64,000 nucleotides of DNA, from NCBI GenBank assembly GCA_016180725.1, contig JACPAR010000005.1:22654-86653 (forward strand), read 5' to 3'. Shown here piece by piece: positions 19,958 to 30,738 of the stretch. Made by a program: the position numbers and the translations under genes. The stretch is from Candidatus Levyibacteriota bacterium. GTDB lineage: Bacteria > Patescibacteriota > Microgenomatia > Levybacterales > UBA12049. Position 1 is the first letter of the stretch. Every line of letters begins with the position of its first letter. The notes beneath the pieces were generated by a model. It worked only from the letters and a program-made list of their open reading frames with translations, did no database searches and had not been told where the DNA came from.

Positions 19958-20533
19958 CTATATCAGCATACTTTCTTCATCGCCTATAAGCATAACTCGA
20001 GAACCGGATAGAATCTCTTCTATAAATGGATCGCTTCTTTTTTTTCTAAAGCTAAATTCTTCCTCTGTCATTACAGTATAATTAATTTCCCTACCAAGTC
20101 TTCTTTCTTCATTTTTAACAAGAAGCGCTAACTCTGGTAAAACAATTGTCCCAACAACTAGAAAATCAATTGTATCCCGCTCTTTTTTTAATCTTCTAAC
20201 AAATCCCCCAGAAAACATCGCATATTTTATTCTTCCCAGTTTTGCTTTGTTACGTAATACTTCTGCACCCAGCCCTATTATCTTTGCACCAATTTGTAAA
20301 AGGTCATAATAAAAAGGGTAATTTTTGGAGAGAAAATAATATACTCTGTTTGCTCGCGGCTCTCTAACCAATATGCCATTTTTTTCCAAAAACGCAAGTT
20401 CTCTTCTAACGGCATTTATTTCATCGTTTGTCCGCCGAACCAATTCCCGAACATGAAACATTTCGGAAGGTGATGCTAAAAATACGTTTAGTAATTTTAC
20501 TCTTGATTTTGATGTAACTAAATCTGACAACAT
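19958..20533 (-). CDS. Winged-helix protein fused to a nucleotidyltransferase-like domain
   Basis: HVRELVR..EINAVRREL HTH; SGGF..DTIDFLVVG..GREINY. Confidence 0.7.
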   Translation of the reverse strand: MLSDLVTSKSRVKLLNVFLASPSEMFHVRELVRRTNDEINAVRRELAFLEKNGILVREPRANRVYYFLSKNYPFYYDLLQIGAKIIGLGAEVLRNKAKLGRIKYAMFSGGFVRRLKKERDTIDFLVVGTIVLPELALLVKNEERRLGREINYTVMTEEEFSFRKKRSDPFIEEILSGSRVMLIGDEESMLI

Positions 20534-20592
20534 AAGCCTGCCCTCGAGTATTAATTATTTAAACCGCATACTAATTATACTCAAATTTACTG

Positions 20593-21771
20593 TTATTTTA
20601 CAACTATCTCTCCATCCAAGGGCAGGACTTCAAACCATAAATTTCCCCGATCAAATTTGATCGGATCTCCACTGCTATCAAAAATCAATGTTCTTGAGGT
20701 TCTGGAATCCTTTCTCCATGTCCCATTAATTTTATTTCCATCCATAAATACCTGGGCTTTTCCGCTACCTTTTGTCTTATATAGCAAATGAAGATTATTT
20801 TCATAACCATCATTTGCATTGCTCTCCTTTATTGACAAAACTATTATGTTTTTTGCAGTTAAAGTTTTATTCGTATCTTTATCCATATGCAAAACGCCTC
20901 CATTATTTCGTAAGTAAGTATTCTTTGTCTTGTCATAAACCCATTCAACGGCATACTGCTTATATCCGCTCCAAAACTGTATATTTATAGTTTGTTTTTC
21001 TGGTCTTTGTGAAACTACAACATCATCTTTAAAGGAATATGGCAGAAAACTTTTATCCCATAAAATTCCATCTGAATCAACATTTGTAAGTTTTCTCTGG
21101 TTTTTTGCATATTCCCAAAGTTTAGAAGTAGTTGAGTACATAGTATGTTCTGTAGCCGTTTCTTGTCCAAGTCTATTGTAATCACGCCAAAAAGTTGGAA
21201 AACCTACTGCAAACTGATTGAGATCATTATATCCTCCCCATTCATAATCATTTATTTGAGAAAGCGCATCCGCAGGACCTGGCGTATTTGCTCCGCCAAC
21301 GTGCACATAAAGTGGGTTAGCTCCGTACTCTGATATAAAATCTAAAAAGTATGTCCTTGCTGACCTGACCGGACCAACTTGACCGCCATCCTGACAATAA
21401 AATACCGTCAAAAAGCGCGTAATCCCGCCTTCTGCTACTGCCTCGTATACAACGTCTGCAGCGGAAATACCCGACTGGGGTCTTGCATTCTCGTGGTTTT
21501 CAATCATGATTCCTAATGGCCGGTGTTGTTCCCACCATTGCTTCTGCTTGCTGGAGTACATTACTCCATTTAAGGGGCAAGGTTCTGTTTTAGGAAGATT
21601 TTGGTCAAAAGTGATACGACCAGTTGTATCTTTTGGAGTACTTTGTAAAGGCGAACTTACATTAACTTGTGAGGTAATAGGATTTTTAGAAAATAGAGCA
21701 TAAGAAATACCTGTTGACAAAATATATACGATTATTGTTAAAAAAATAATTGTGATTTTTCTTTTGTCCAT
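20593..21771 (-). CDS. DUF3048 (YerB-like) protein
   Basis: MIENH..ARPQSG..ADVVYE..EGGITRF, GPVRSAR. Confidence 0.85.
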   Translation of the reverse strand: MDKRKITIIFLTIIVYILSTGISYALFSKNPITSQVNVSSPLQSTPKDTTGRITFDQNLPKTEPCPLNGVMYSSKQKQWWEQHRPLGIMIENHENARPQSGISAADVVYEAVAEGGITRFLTVFYCQDGGQVGPVRSARTYFLDFISEYGANPLYVHVGGANTPGPADALSQINDYEWGGYNDLNQFAVGFPTFWRDYNRLGQETATEHTMYSTTSKLWEYAKNQRKLTNVDSDGILWDKSFLPYSFKDDVVVSQRPEKQTINIQFWSGYKQYAVEWVYDKTKNTYLRNNGGVLHMDKDTNKTLTAKNIIVLSIKESNANDGYENNLHLLYKTKGSGKAQVFMDGNKINGTWRKDSRTSRTLIFDSSGDPIKFDRGNLWFEVLPLDGEIVVK

Positions 21772-21779
21772 ATTATTTA

Positions 21780-22265
21780 TTATTTTTTAAACTTTCTTAT
21801 GTCCGATGCAATTTTAGCTTCTTTTATTGCTTTCTTCTCCTCATCAGACAATTCATGTTCAATACCCTTGCCCTCAACAATTCTTTTTGCATACCATCTG
21901 GTTCCTAATCGGGAGTAAAGACCTGAAATAACAACACCAGTATCGTTAGCGTCAACAAGTACTAATACAAAACTTTGATCTCCTCCTGTATCTTTAAACG
22001 GATTAAAACGTAAAAGTCCGATTTTTTGAATATGCAAAAGTGCTTCTTTTTCAATCTTATCACATTGTACATGTAAAGAGTCAATATCCTTTTGAGCAAC
22101 TTCTACTTCTTTTAAAAAATGATCAAGAATTGATTTAAGTGTTCTATTGCTTATGCCTTTTGTTAAATTATTATAGTGAGAAAATAATTGCCAAAAACTA
22201 AAAGTTAAAATGATGAGCCAAATAAGAAAAATGCCTAAAATTATAAATTCAAAATTGACTACCAT
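21780..22265 (-). CDS. DUF4446 family protein
   Basis: QKIGLLRFNPF.DTGGDQSF, YAK, LSDEE. Confidence 0.82.
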   Translation of the reverse strand: MVVNFEFIILGIFLIWLIILTFSFWQLFSHYNNLTKGISNRTLKSILDHFLKEVEVAQKDIDSLHVQCDKIEKEALLHIQKIGLLRFNPFKDTGGDQSFVLVLVDANDTGVVISGLYSRLGTRWYAKRIVEGKGIEHELSDEEKKAIKEAKIASDIRKFKK

Positions 22266-22274
22266 GCATAGGAT

Positions 22275-22314
22275 ATATTAGCCTCTTGACAGCTTTGTGT
22301 CAATAGTGTAATCT
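22275..22314. promoter_or_regulatory. Overlapping divergent sigma70 promoters
   Basis: TTGACA-GCTTTG-TGTCAA at 22286-22303; each -35 has a TAnnnT -10 at 17-bp spacing. Confidence 0.55.
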
Positions 22315-22327
22315 TTCCTTTATTGCA

Positions 22328-22660
22328 ATGAGTAAGCGTAAAAAAACTCGTCAACAAAAAATTATTGCAGACCTTCGCCGTAAACTTCAATCGACAAGCC
22401 ATCCTTCTTCTACCTCTCAAGCGATAGATAATAAAAGTATTGTGCAAAATACATTACCTAACCAAGAAAAACAAACAAATACAAATAAATTTATTTCTAC
22501 ATATATAACTAATAAAGTTGTTTCTGCTGGAGTTTATTCTTATCTTCCTTATGATCTTCAAAAAACTTTTTTCCTAACAACAAGCATTGTTGCAGTTGAA
22601 TTATTACTCTTTTTTCTTTTAAGAAACCACGTAATTGTATTACCAAATTTAAATTTTTGA
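22328..22660 (+). CDS. Hypothetical protein with basic N-terminus and C-terminal TM helix
   Basis: KKTRQQKIIADLRR start; DLQKT followed by a hydrophobic stretch. Confidence 0.65.
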   Translation: MSKRKKTRQQKIIADLRRKLQSTSHPSSTSQAIDNKSIVQNTLPNQEKQTNTNKFISTYITNKVVSAGVYSYLPYDLQKTFFLTTSIVAVELLLFFLLRNHVIVLPNLNF

Positions 22661-22718
22661 TAACTAAGTATACGTGGCTAAGTTGCGTCGTCGCAATGAG
22701 AGGAGGTGATTACATAGT

Positions 22719-22862
22719 ATGGCAACAATGTATTGTGTAAAATGTCGAGCAAAGAAAGAAGATGCAAACGCAGAAAAGGTTACCATGAAAAATGGTAAAC
22801 CAGCTCTTAAAGGAAAATGCCCAGACTGCGGAACAGGTATGTACAGAATAGGCACAGCTTAA
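22719..22862 (+). CDS. DUF5679-type small zinc-ribbon protein (47 aa)
   Basis: SD AGGAGGTGAT; MATMYCVKCRAKKE...MKNGKPALKGKCPDCGTGMYRIGTA; missing from the ORF track. Confidence 0.85.
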   Translation: MATMYCVKCRAKKEDANAEKVTMKNGKPALKGKCPDCGTGMYRIGTA

Positions 22863-22945
22863 TTTGTATATGTTTCACGGATTAGTTTGATATCAAACTA
22901 CATTGGGCTTCTTGAAGGTAATCATCGTATCTTCAAGAAACAAAT

Positions 22946-22978
22946 AAAAAACCCTCGCATTTGACGCGAGGGTTTTTT
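22946..22978. terminator. Bidirectional intrinsic terminator
   Basis: AAAAAACCCTCGC-ATTTGAC-GCGAGGGTTTTTT between convergent genes. Confidence 0.88.
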
Positions 22979-23001
22979 AATAAATAATCAAATCTGAAAA
23001 A

Positions 23002-23892
23002 TTATTTAAGTTCTTCAAGAATTGGATTTATGTCGATCTCTTCTACTGACTGTTTTACAAGTGGAGCTTGAGCTATTTGCAAAATACCATCACCCCAAGT
23101 TAAACGTTCTTCTTTGTATATTATTCCCGTTGGAATACTCTCTTTTTCTCCTTCCTTTAGGGGTAAACGGAGAGGCCATTGCTCAGCTAATGCAAACGCT
23201 TTTGCTTTATCTTTTGGATTATGTCCTTTTTCTTCGACTTTATAAACTCTTTCATAAAACCAAGTATAGGTGTTTTTATGGTTAAATGTTACGCATGGTT
23301 GCATGCTGTCTATAATAGAAAACCCTTTGTGTTTTACGCCTTCAACGATTAAGTCTGTTTCCCTTTTATGATCTCCGGCAAAACCCCGAGCTACGAAAGT
23401 TGCTCCTGCCGATATAGCAAGAGATAATGGATTTACAGGTGCTTCAACCGTAGGAGTTGGGGTTGCCTTATTTTTTTCTCCAATGTCAGTTGTTGGAGAA
23501 TATTGACCGGTTGTCAAACCGTATATTTGGTTATTATGAACAATTAAAGTTAGATCTATATTTCTTCTTGCTGCATGAATAAGATGATTTGTGCCCTCGC
23601 CATACTGATCACCGTCTCCTCCAATAACAATAACCGTTAAGCCGCTATTTGCAAGCTTAATTCCTTCTGCAACAGGCATTGGTCTTCCGTGCAATCCATT
23701 AAAACCGTAAGTTTTAACCCAATAAGGCAGTTTGCTGGAACACCCGATTCCGGAAACCAAAACCACTTCCCACGGATTAAGATTAAGTGCAACAATTGCA
23801 TTTTTTAAAGAAACCCAAATAGCCCAGTCACCACATCCCGGACACCAGTTTGGCTTATCGTACGTAATTTCTAAATCTTTAAGTTCTGACAT
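23002..23892 (-). CDS. 2-oxoacid:ferredoxin oxidoreductase beta subunit
   Basis: WCPGCG, SGIGCS, HGR, GGDGD, NNQIYGLT.GQ.SPT. Confidence 0.94.
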   Translation of the reverse strand: MSELKDLEITYDKPNWCPGCGDWAIWVSLKNAIVALNLNPWEVVLVSGIGCSSKLPYWVKTYGFNGLHGRPMPVAEGIKLANSGLTVIVIGGDGDQYGEGTNHLIHAARRNIDLTLIVHNNQIYGLTTGQYSPTTDIGEKNKATPTPTVEAPVNPLSLAISAGATFVARGFAGDHKRETDLIVEGVKHKGFSIIDSMQPCVTFNHKNTYTWFYERVYKVEEKGHNPKDKAKAFALAEQWPLRLPLKEGEKESIPTGIIYKEERLTWGDGILQIAQAPLVKQSVEEIDINPILEELK

Positions 23893-25628
23893 AAAATTTC
23901 CTTTACTTTTGCAACAATTTCTTCCGGGTAAAACGGCCGGCCATCATATTTTCTAAAATTATGATCAACAACTAATCCTGTATGTTCGCGAATAAGTCCT
24001 TCAAATTGTCCGGTCTTATTACCTTCAACTACAAGAGTTTTTTTGGCAGATTTTATTATCCTTTCTACTGCAGCGCCTGGAAATGGAGCAAGGTAAGACA
24101 CTTGCAACAAATTCGCATCAATACCTTCTTTTTCTAACCACTTCATTGCCTGCATAATTGGCATTTTTGACGAACCAAAAGCAATAATAGTTAATGGAGC
24201 ATCCTTTTTACCATACAATACCGGAGCTGGAAATTCTCGTATGGCAAATTCTAATTTTTTGAATCTCTTGTCCATCATTTTAATTCTGTTATCTGCTTCT
24301 TCATTATATAAACCTCTTTCATCATGTTCGTCAGAACCGGAAAAACCAATTCCTCCTTTTTGACCTGGAATTGAACGCGGAGAAATACCATCGTCTGTTA
24401 ATTCGTATCTTTCATAATCAACCATACCTTCTGTTTCCTGATCTGACAACATCTTCCCCCGCTCAATTCTATATTTTGAACTTAGAGCTTTAAAATTTTC
24501 AATTGGAGCTGTCGCATGTCCCTCCATTAAATATTTATCAACTAAAACTATTATGGGAAGTTGATATTTATCGGCCAAATTAAATGCATGCAGCGTTTGA
24601 GAAAAAGCTTCTGATACATCTCCGGGGGCAATAATAATTCTTGGAAAATCACCTTGAGCTGCGTGCATAACAAATCTAAGATCACCTTGTTCTGTCCATG
24701 TAGGAAATCCTGTTGCGGGTCCGGGCCGCATCCCTTCAACAATAACAAGAGGAGTTTCTGTTTGCGCAGAAAGACCAAGTGACTCAACCATTAAGGAAAA
24801 TCCTCCTCCGCTTGTTGCAGTCATACTTCTTACTCCGGCAAAAGATGCGCCAATTGCCATACTTATTGCCGATATTTCATCCTCTGGCTCTTTAACAACA
24901 ATACTGTATTTTAAGGCGCTGGAAACAAGAGTCGTAAGAATAGGATTAATTGGCGTCATTGGATAAATTGAAGCAAATTTTAATCCTGCTCTTATTGCGC
25001 CAAACGCTACCGCTTCTGCTCCTCCAATTAGTATATTTTTTTGAGGTTTTTTTTCAAAGCTAACCGAAAATTTTTTGGAGAAATTTTTTAAAACATAATC
25101 AAATCCGGCTTTAGAAGTATTTACATTTAAATAAACAATATTTTCGCCTTTTCTACCAAATGTATCCTCCATAATTCTTCGAAGAATTTCAAAATCTGAA
25201 TAAAAAAGCGCTAGAGATGCGCCAACAGAAACTGTATTAACCATTAATTTATCTGCGCCAACTTGTTTTGTTGATTCTAAAAGGGGAATGGGAACTAGAA
25301 GTACACTTGAAGCAAATTCATTGGGTTCTACCTTAATTGTATCTGGGTCATAAATTACAGCCGCATTTTCAAAAAGTTCGTGCTTGTGCTTATCGATTGT
25401 TTCACGATTTAAAGCTACTAAAATATCAACAGTTCGTTTTTGACAATATATCTCTTCATCACTTGCTCTAACATAATAGGCGTTATGCCCACCTCTAATT
25501 AAAGAAGGATATTCAACATAATCAAAAACAGAAAGACCAAGCCGGGTAAAAATTTTTGACATCATAATACCAGTTGTCATGATGCCGTAACCTGCTTCAC
25601 CACCAATTAACCATTGAATATCGTTCAT
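23871..25628 (-). CDS. 2-oxoacid:ferredoxin oxidoreductase alpha subunit (gamma-alpha fusion)
   Basis: GGEAGYGI, YPMTP, EDEI, TSGGGFSLM.E, RPGPATG.PT..EQGD. Confidence 0.94.
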   Translation of the reverse strand: MNDIQWLIGGEAGYGIMTTGIMMSKIFTRLGLSVFDYVEYPSLIRGGHNAYYVRASDEEIYCQKRTVDILVALNRETIDKHKHELFENAAVIYDPDTIKVEPNEFASSVLLVPIPLLESTKQVGADKLMVNTVSVGASLALFYSDFEILRRIMEDTFGRKGENIVYLNVNTSKAGFDYVLKNFSKKFSVSFEKKPQKNILIGGAEAVAFGAIRAGLKFASIYPMTPINPILTTLVSSALKYSIVVKEPEDEISAISMAIGASFAGVRSMTATSGGGFSLMVESLGLSAQTETPLVIVEGMRPGPATGFPTWTEQGDLRFVMHAAQGDFPRIIIAPGDVSEAFSQTLHAFNLADKYQLPIIVLVDKYLMEGHATAPIENFKALSSKYRIERGKMLSDQETEGMVDYERYELTDDGISPRSIPGQKGGIGFSGSDEHDERGLYNEEADNRIKMMDKRFKKLEFAIREFPAPVLYGKKDAPLTIIAFGSSKMPIMQAMKWLEKEGIDANLLQVSYLAPFPGAAVERIIKSAKKTLVVEGNKTGQFEGLIREHTGLVVDHNFRKYDGRPFYPEEIVAKVKEILCQNLKI

Positions 25629-25765
25629 ATTTAATTTGACACTAGAAAGTAGAAAATGGAAGGTAGAATTTGATGTTAGAAAACAGACAATAGATTTTAG
25701 CTAACTTCCAGGTTCTAACTTCAACTATCTATTTTTTATATTCTATCATCTATCGTCGAAGAATT

Positions 25766-26041
25766 CTATGTTTCGGGCCAGATTTGTTTAACTTCATTTC
25801 CCTGATCATCAACTTCTACAATAACAATTGCGTTAACGGGACAAGATTTAGCAGCATTTAAGATATTTTCTTCATTGTCGTTAATATCTGAATAATTAAC
25901 GTATTCAGACGTCATTGAGCCATCTTTTTTCTTGCTAACTGCCTTCGCTTCGCTATCCATCTCAAAAGTATTTGGAGCAACTGCAACACAGCTTGCCGCT
26001 CCTATACAAAGTATTCTATCAACTTTTACTTTTAGTGCCAT
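25766..26041 (-). CDS. Ferredoxin (probably [3Fe-4S])
   Basis: CIGAASC ... CPVNAI. Confidence 0.88.
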   Translation of the reverse strand: MALKVKVDRILCIGAASCVAVAPNTFEMDSEAKAVSKKKDGSMTSEYVNYSDINDNEENILNAAKSCPVNAIVIVEVDDQGNEVKQIWPET

Positions 26042-26045
26042 AAAA

Positions 26046-26402
26046 TTAAAAACAATCTTTTAAAACCGCTAGCGCTAATAAAGCGCATTTTTTCCGCGTT
26101 TCTGAAACTTCTATTCCCAACAGGGAAAGCATATCTTTTTCAGAAAATTTTGTCAACTCTCCTTTAGTTTTTCCTTTTACATAATCTGTTAATATTGATG
26201 CGCTTGCTATGCTTATTGCACATCCTTTGCCTACAAAACCTATATCTTCAACGGCATTATTTTTGAACCTGACAAAGATTTCCATATCATCGCCGCAAAA
26301 AGGATTGAGCTGCCTTGATGACGTATCAAATTTATCCAGCTTACCAAAATTTAATGGCTCCCTATAATGCTCCAAAATTTCTTCTATATACAAATTATCC
26401 AT
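26046..26402 (-). CDS. sufU: SufU/IscU-type Fe-S scaffold or sulfur-transfer protein
   Basis: ILEHY.EP.N, NPFCGD, GCAIS, RKKCA. Confidence 0.88.
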   Translation of the reverse strand: MDNLYIEEILEHYREPLNFGKLDKFDTSSRQLNPFCGDDMEIFVRFKNNAVEDIGFVGKGCAISIASASILTDYVKGKTKGELTKFSEKDMLSLLGIEVSETRKKCALLALAVLKDCF

Positions 26403-26404
26403 AA

Positions 26405-27628
26405 CTAAATTAAGCTGAAAATATTTTTTACCTCTTTTATTCCTTTAATTAGATAGTCAACATCTTCTTCATCATTGTACAAATAAAAACTGGCGCGGGC
26501 GGAAGCAGGAATACCCAAGCGTTTGTGAAGCGGCATAGCACAATGATGTCCGGCTCTTATACAAATACCCATATTACCTAAAACCTGAGCAATGTCATGT
26601 GGATGTACTCCGTTTATATTAAAAGAAATTACTCCACTACGCCTATCTAAATCTCTTGGTCCATAAATATTTATACCTTCTATTTTCTCCATTTTTTGCA
26701 AAGCATATTTTATAAGTCTATTGTCATGTTTTTGAATATTTTCTATACCTGTACTATTTAAATACTCAATTGCGGCACCTAAGCTTACAATTCCGGCAAT
26801 ATCCGGAGTTCCTGCTTCGTACTTATGTGGAAGGTCGGCAAAAGTTGTATTTTCGATATTTACTTCTCGTATCATTTCTCCACCAAACATGAATGGTTGC
26901 ATATTATTCAAGAGATGCTTTTTTCCATACAATACACCAATACCCGTTCCTGCCATCATTTTGTGTCCCGAAAAAGCAAGAAAATCACAACCTAAATCTT
27001 GTACATCAACTTTTAAATGAGGAACAGATTGGGCTGCGTCAACCAAAACAAGAATATTAGGATTTATTTCTTTGACTTTTTTAATAATATCCTTTATTGG
27101 ATTTATAGTCCCTAATACATTTGAAACATGTGCTACTGCAAATATCTTCGCGCTCTTAATTCTTAATTCATAATTCTTAATTCCAGAATCTAAATCCAGA
27201 AAACCATTTTCATCTATATCAAGAACTAGAAAATCAGCATTTTTTTTAAGGGCAAGTTGCTGCCACGGCACAAAGTTTGAGTGGTGTTCCATAGTGGAAG
27301 TAATAATGCCCTCCTCCCTTTTAATATTGTGCGACACTAAGTAAGCAACTAAATTAATTGCTTCCGTTGTATTTCTGACAAAGATAATTTCCTCTGGATT
27401 TATTGCATTAATAAATTTCGCAACTTCTTGCCTCACTTTCCCTATCTTTTCTGTTGCTTTTTCGGCAATTGGGTATAAACCTCGTTTTACGTTAGCATTG
27501 TAGGTTTTGTAAAATTCCAAAATTGCATCAATAACAACCTGCGGTTTTTGGCTTGTTGCCGCAGAATCCAAATAAATTAATTTTTTGCCGTTAATTTTAT
27601 TTTTAAAAATTGGAAAATCTTTTTTCAT
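26405..27628 (-). CDS. sufS: Cysteine desulfurase SufS
   Basis: YLDSAATSQKP, EHHSN, FSGHKM, RAGHHCA. Confidence 0.95.
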   Translation of the reverse strand: MKKDFPIFKNKINGKKLIYLDSAATSQKPQVVIDAILEFYKTYNANVKRGLYPIAEKATEKIGKVRQEVAKFINAINPEEIIFVRNTTEAINLVAYLVSHNIKREEGIITSTMEHHSNFVPWQQLALKKNADFLVLDIDENGFLDLDSGIKNYELRIKSAKIFAVAHVSNVLGTINPIKDIIKKVKEINPNILVLVDAAQSVPHLKVDVQDLGCDFLAFSGHKMMAGTGIGVLYGKKHLLNNMQPFMFGGEMIREVNIENTTFADLPHKYEAGTPDIAGIVSLGAAIEYLNSTGIENIQKHDNRLIKYALQKMEKIEGINIYGPRDLDRRSGVISFNINGVHPHDIAQVLGNMGICIRAGHHCAMPLHKRLGIPASARASFYLYNDEEDVDYLIKGIKEVKNIFSLI

Positions 27629-28203
27629 AGTTTATAAAGATTTGTAGAAATTTTTTTTCTTATATTAGATTGCTCATTTATCGTAAAAGCGCTAATGATT
27701 GGCTCAAAAAAACCGGAAACAATAAGATCTTCTGCTTCTTTTTGGGTTAGTCCTCGACTTCTTAGATAGAAAAGCTGCTGCTCATCCGGCCTGCCAACAG
27801 TTGAAGCATGGCCTGCTTTTAATTCGTTTTCATCAATTTCTAAAGAGGGGACACTTCTCCCTTTTGCATCATCAAAAAGTAAAATCTTAGAAGCAAAATA
27901 CCCATCTGACCCTTTAGCACCTTTATTAATTCGTATCATTCCATCGTTATTAAAACTTGAATTGCCTTTAAATACACCTCTTAAATTTGTTAGGCTTTTT
28001 GTCCTTGGGCTTTCATGGGAAACAAAAGTATTAAATTTAACCGACTTATTACCTGTTCCTAAAAATATTCCTAAAATTAACAGATTTGCTCCCTCGCCAA
28101 CTAATCTAGCGTGAACATTAACTTCCGCTTCGTCCCCATTAAGCCAGACAAAAGGTAATATTTTTTCTTCATTTTTTTTAATAACAACGTTTATTTTTTT
28201 CAT
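27625..28203 (-). CDS. sufD: SufD-like protein (short)
   Basis: [21 protein letters not shown]; 192 aa. Confidence 0.85.
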   Translation of the reverse strand: MKKINVVIKKNEEKILPFVWLNGDEAEVNVHARLVGEGANLLILGIFLGTGNKSVKFNTFVSHESPRTKSLTNLRGVFKGNSSFNNDGMIRINKGAKGSDGYFASKILLFDDAKGRSVPSLEIDENELKAGHASTVGRPDEQQLFYLRSRGLTQKEAEDLIVSGFFEPIISAFTINEQSNIRKKISTNLYKL

Positions 28204-29597
28204 CCCACGGCTCCTGTCATCTCAAGCTGTATTAATCGGTTAAGCTCTACTGCATATTCCATTGGTAATTCTTTAACAATTGGCTCAATAAACCCGTTAA
28301 CAATCATTACCTCTGCTTGAGCCGCAGATATACCCCGGCTTTGAAAATAAAAAATCTGATCCTCACCGATTTTGGACACAGATGCTTCGTGTCCAACTGT
28401 TACTCTTTCTTCATCAATTTCCATTGTTGGATAAGTGTCTGATCTACTTTTCGGATCTAAAATAAGCGCATCGCAACGGACTGTTGACTTACTGTCTTTA
28501 GCCCCCTTAATAATCTTTAATAAACCCCTGTAGGAAGTACGACCGCCGTCTTTACTGACTGATTTTGAACTAATAACCGAGCTTGTTTCAGGTGCCAAGT
28601 GTATTGCTTTACCACCGGCATCCTGACGCTGCCCGCTTCCTGCAAAAGCAAGAGATAAGACTTCTCCTCTGGCTTTTCTTCCCATAAGATAAACCGACGG
28701 GTATTTCATCGTTAATTTACTACCTAAGTTGCCGTCTATCCATTCTCCAAATCCTTCCTCTTCAATAAACATTCTTTTTGTCACAAGGTTGTAAACATTT
28801 TTACTCCAATTCTGAATCGTGGTATAACGAACCCTTGCCCCTTTTTTAACAACAATTTCAACCACCGCAGCATGCAAGGAATCCGTTGTAAAAATTGGAG
28901 CAGTGCAACCCTCGACGTAATGAACATAAGATCCCTCATCGGCAATAATAAGTGTTCTTTCAAACTGACCCATATTTTTTGCGTTAATACGAAAATATGC
29001 CTGCAGTGGCAAATCAACGTGAACGCCAGGCGGAACGTAAATAAAAGAACCACCAGACCACACAGCCGTATTTAAAGCGGCAAATTTATTATCTGCAGGT
29101 GGAATTATTTTGCCAAAATATTTTTTAACTATTTCCGGATACTTTTGCAAAGCCGTATCTGTATCAACAAAAATAACTCCTTTTTTCTCAAGCATGTTAG
29201 AAACACTGTGATAAACAACTTCCGAATCATATTGAGCTCCGACTCCCGCTAAAAACTTTCTTTCTGCTTGAGGTATTCCAATTTTTTCAAATGTATTTTT
29301 TATTTCTGCCGGAACATCATCCCAATTTCTTTCTTGTTTTTCTGTTGGCTTTATATAGTAATACATGTTTTTAAAATTTAGTTTCGTTAAGTCTCCGCCC
29401 CACATTGGTAGTTTTTTTGCATAAAAAATCTCCAGTGCCTTAAGCCTAATTTCTTGCATCCATTCCGGTTCTTTTTTCATCCAGGATATTTCTTTTACTA
29501 TTTTTTTCGATAATCCTTTGGGAGTTGAATAAAAAGGTTTTATGTCGTCGTGAAAACCGAATTTATAGTTAGAAGTATTAAATTGCTGCATATCCAT
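28200..29597 (-). CDS. sufB: Fe-S assembly protein SufB
   Basis: [33 protein letters not shown]. Confidence 0.97.
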   Translation of the reverse strand: MDMQQFNTSNYKFGFHDDIKPFYSTPKGLSKKIVKEISWMKKEPEWMQEIRLKALEIFYAKKLPMWGGDLTKLNFKNMYYYIKPTEKQERNWDDVPAEIKNTFEKIGIPQAERKFLAGVGAQYDSEVVYHSVSNMLEKKGVIFVDTDTALQKYPEIVKKYFGKIIPPADNKFAALNTAVWSGGSFIYVPPGVHVDLPLQAYFRINAKNMGQFERTLIIADEGSYVHYVEGCTAPIFTTDSLHAAVVEIVVKKGARVRYTTIQNWSKNVYNLVTKRMFIEEEGFGEWIDGNLGSKLTMKYPSVYLMGRKARGEVLSLAFAGSGQRQDAGGKAIHLAPETSSVISSKSVSKDGGRTSYRGLLKIIKGAKDSKSTVRCDALILDPKSRSDTYPTMEIDEERVTVGHEASVSKIGEDQIFYFQSRGISAAQAEVMIVNGFIEPIVKELPMEYAVELNRLIQLEMTGAVG

Positions 29598-30318
29598 CCT
29601 TTTCTATTTTTTTAACAAGACTCATGCCACCAGATTTCTTAATTTTTCCATCTATTAAAACATGTACAAAATCTGGCTTTAAATAATGAAGAATTCTTTG
29701 ATAGTGAGTAATTAATAATATTCCTATTGAATATTTTTCTACGGCCTCCTGAATTTTTTCTGCAACAATTTTTAAACTATCTACATCAAGACCTGAATCT
29801 ATTTCATCTAAAATTGCAAATTTTGGGCGTAAAATTAGAAGCTGAACAATTTCCGCCCGTTTTTTTTCTCCGCCTGAAAAACCTTCATTTAAAAAACGGT
29901 ACATAAAACTTTCATCTAGTCCTACATCTTTAAGTGTTTTTTTTAATTCGTTTTTAAATTCAGAAAGCGGAATTTTTTTATCCGGATGAAGGGCTTTATA
30001 AGCAGTGCGTAAAAACGAAAGAAAAGATACTCCTGTTATTTCTACGGGTTGTTGAAAAGAAATAAACAAACCCTGCCTAGCTCTTTCCTCCGGCAATAAT
30101 TTGCTCATATCTTTCCCGTCAATTTGATATTTGATATTTGATATTTGATATTTGATATTGTAATTCGGGTGCCCCATTAAACTTAATGCAAGAGTTGTTT
30201 TTCCTGCCCCGTTTGGCCCCATGATTGCATGAATTTCACCTGGTCCCACAGTTAAATCCACACCTTTTAATATTTCTGAATTATTTATGTCGGCTTTAAA
30301 ATTTTTAATTTGTAACAT
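29578..30318 (-). CDS. sufC: Fe-S assembly ATPase SufC
   Basis: [35 protein letters not shown]. Confidence 0.96.
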   Translation of the reverse strand: MLQIKNFKADINNSEILKGVDLTVGPGEIHAIMGPNGAGKTTLALSLMGHPNYNIKYQISNIKYQIDGKDMSKLLPEERARQGLFISFQQPVEITGVSFLSFLRTAYKALHPDKKIPLSEFKNELKKTLKDVGLDESFMYRFLNEGFSGGEKKRAEIVQLLILRPKFAILDEIDSGLDVDSLKIVAEKIQEAVEKYSIGILLITHYQRILHYLKPDFVHVLIDGKIKKSGGMSLVKKIEKDGYAAI

Positions 30319-30322
30319 ACAA

Positions 30323-30730
30323 TTATTCTCTAGTAGAAAACTTATCGAGCGTAACACCTGATATTTTTTCTAGAATTGTATTGCTAAGTCTTCTTAAAGA
30401 AAAACCATGCGGACAGGTACTGGCAGCACATTTTCCATCTTTTGTATTTTGGCAACAAGAAAATAATGGATTTTTAGTTAATGCTGTTATTACTTCTCCA
30501 ACTTCAATATTGGAAGGATGTTTACTTAATTTATAGCCGCCGCTTTTTCCCTCTACGGCAACAATAAGACCTGACTTCCTTAAATCAGACGCAATATTTC
30601 TTAAAAATAACAATGGAAGTTTATGCTCTCTTGCAACTTCCGACAAAGGAACAAGCCGTTTTTTATAGTTCTGGACGAGTTTATTTATAAGAATAATTGC
30701 GTAATCTTCCTTTTTTGAAAAGCGTATCAT
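30323..30730 (-). CDS. Rrf2-family transcriptional regulator
   Basis: DYAI, GKSGGYKL, Cys-rich C-terminus CC-x7-C-x4-C. Confidence 0.88.
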   Translation of the reverse strand: MIRFSKKEDYAIILINKLVQNYKKRLVPLSEVAREHKLPLLFLRNIASDLRKSGLIVAVEGKSGGYKLSKHPSNIEVGEVITALTKNPLFSCCQNTKDGKCAASTCPHGFSLRRLSNTILEKISGVTLDKFSTRE

Positions 30731-30738
30731 AGAGAAAT

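Noticed and set aside
22664-22855. 63-aa minus-strand ORF
   Set aside because: Shadow of the plus-strand zinc-ribbon gene, which has a perfect SD
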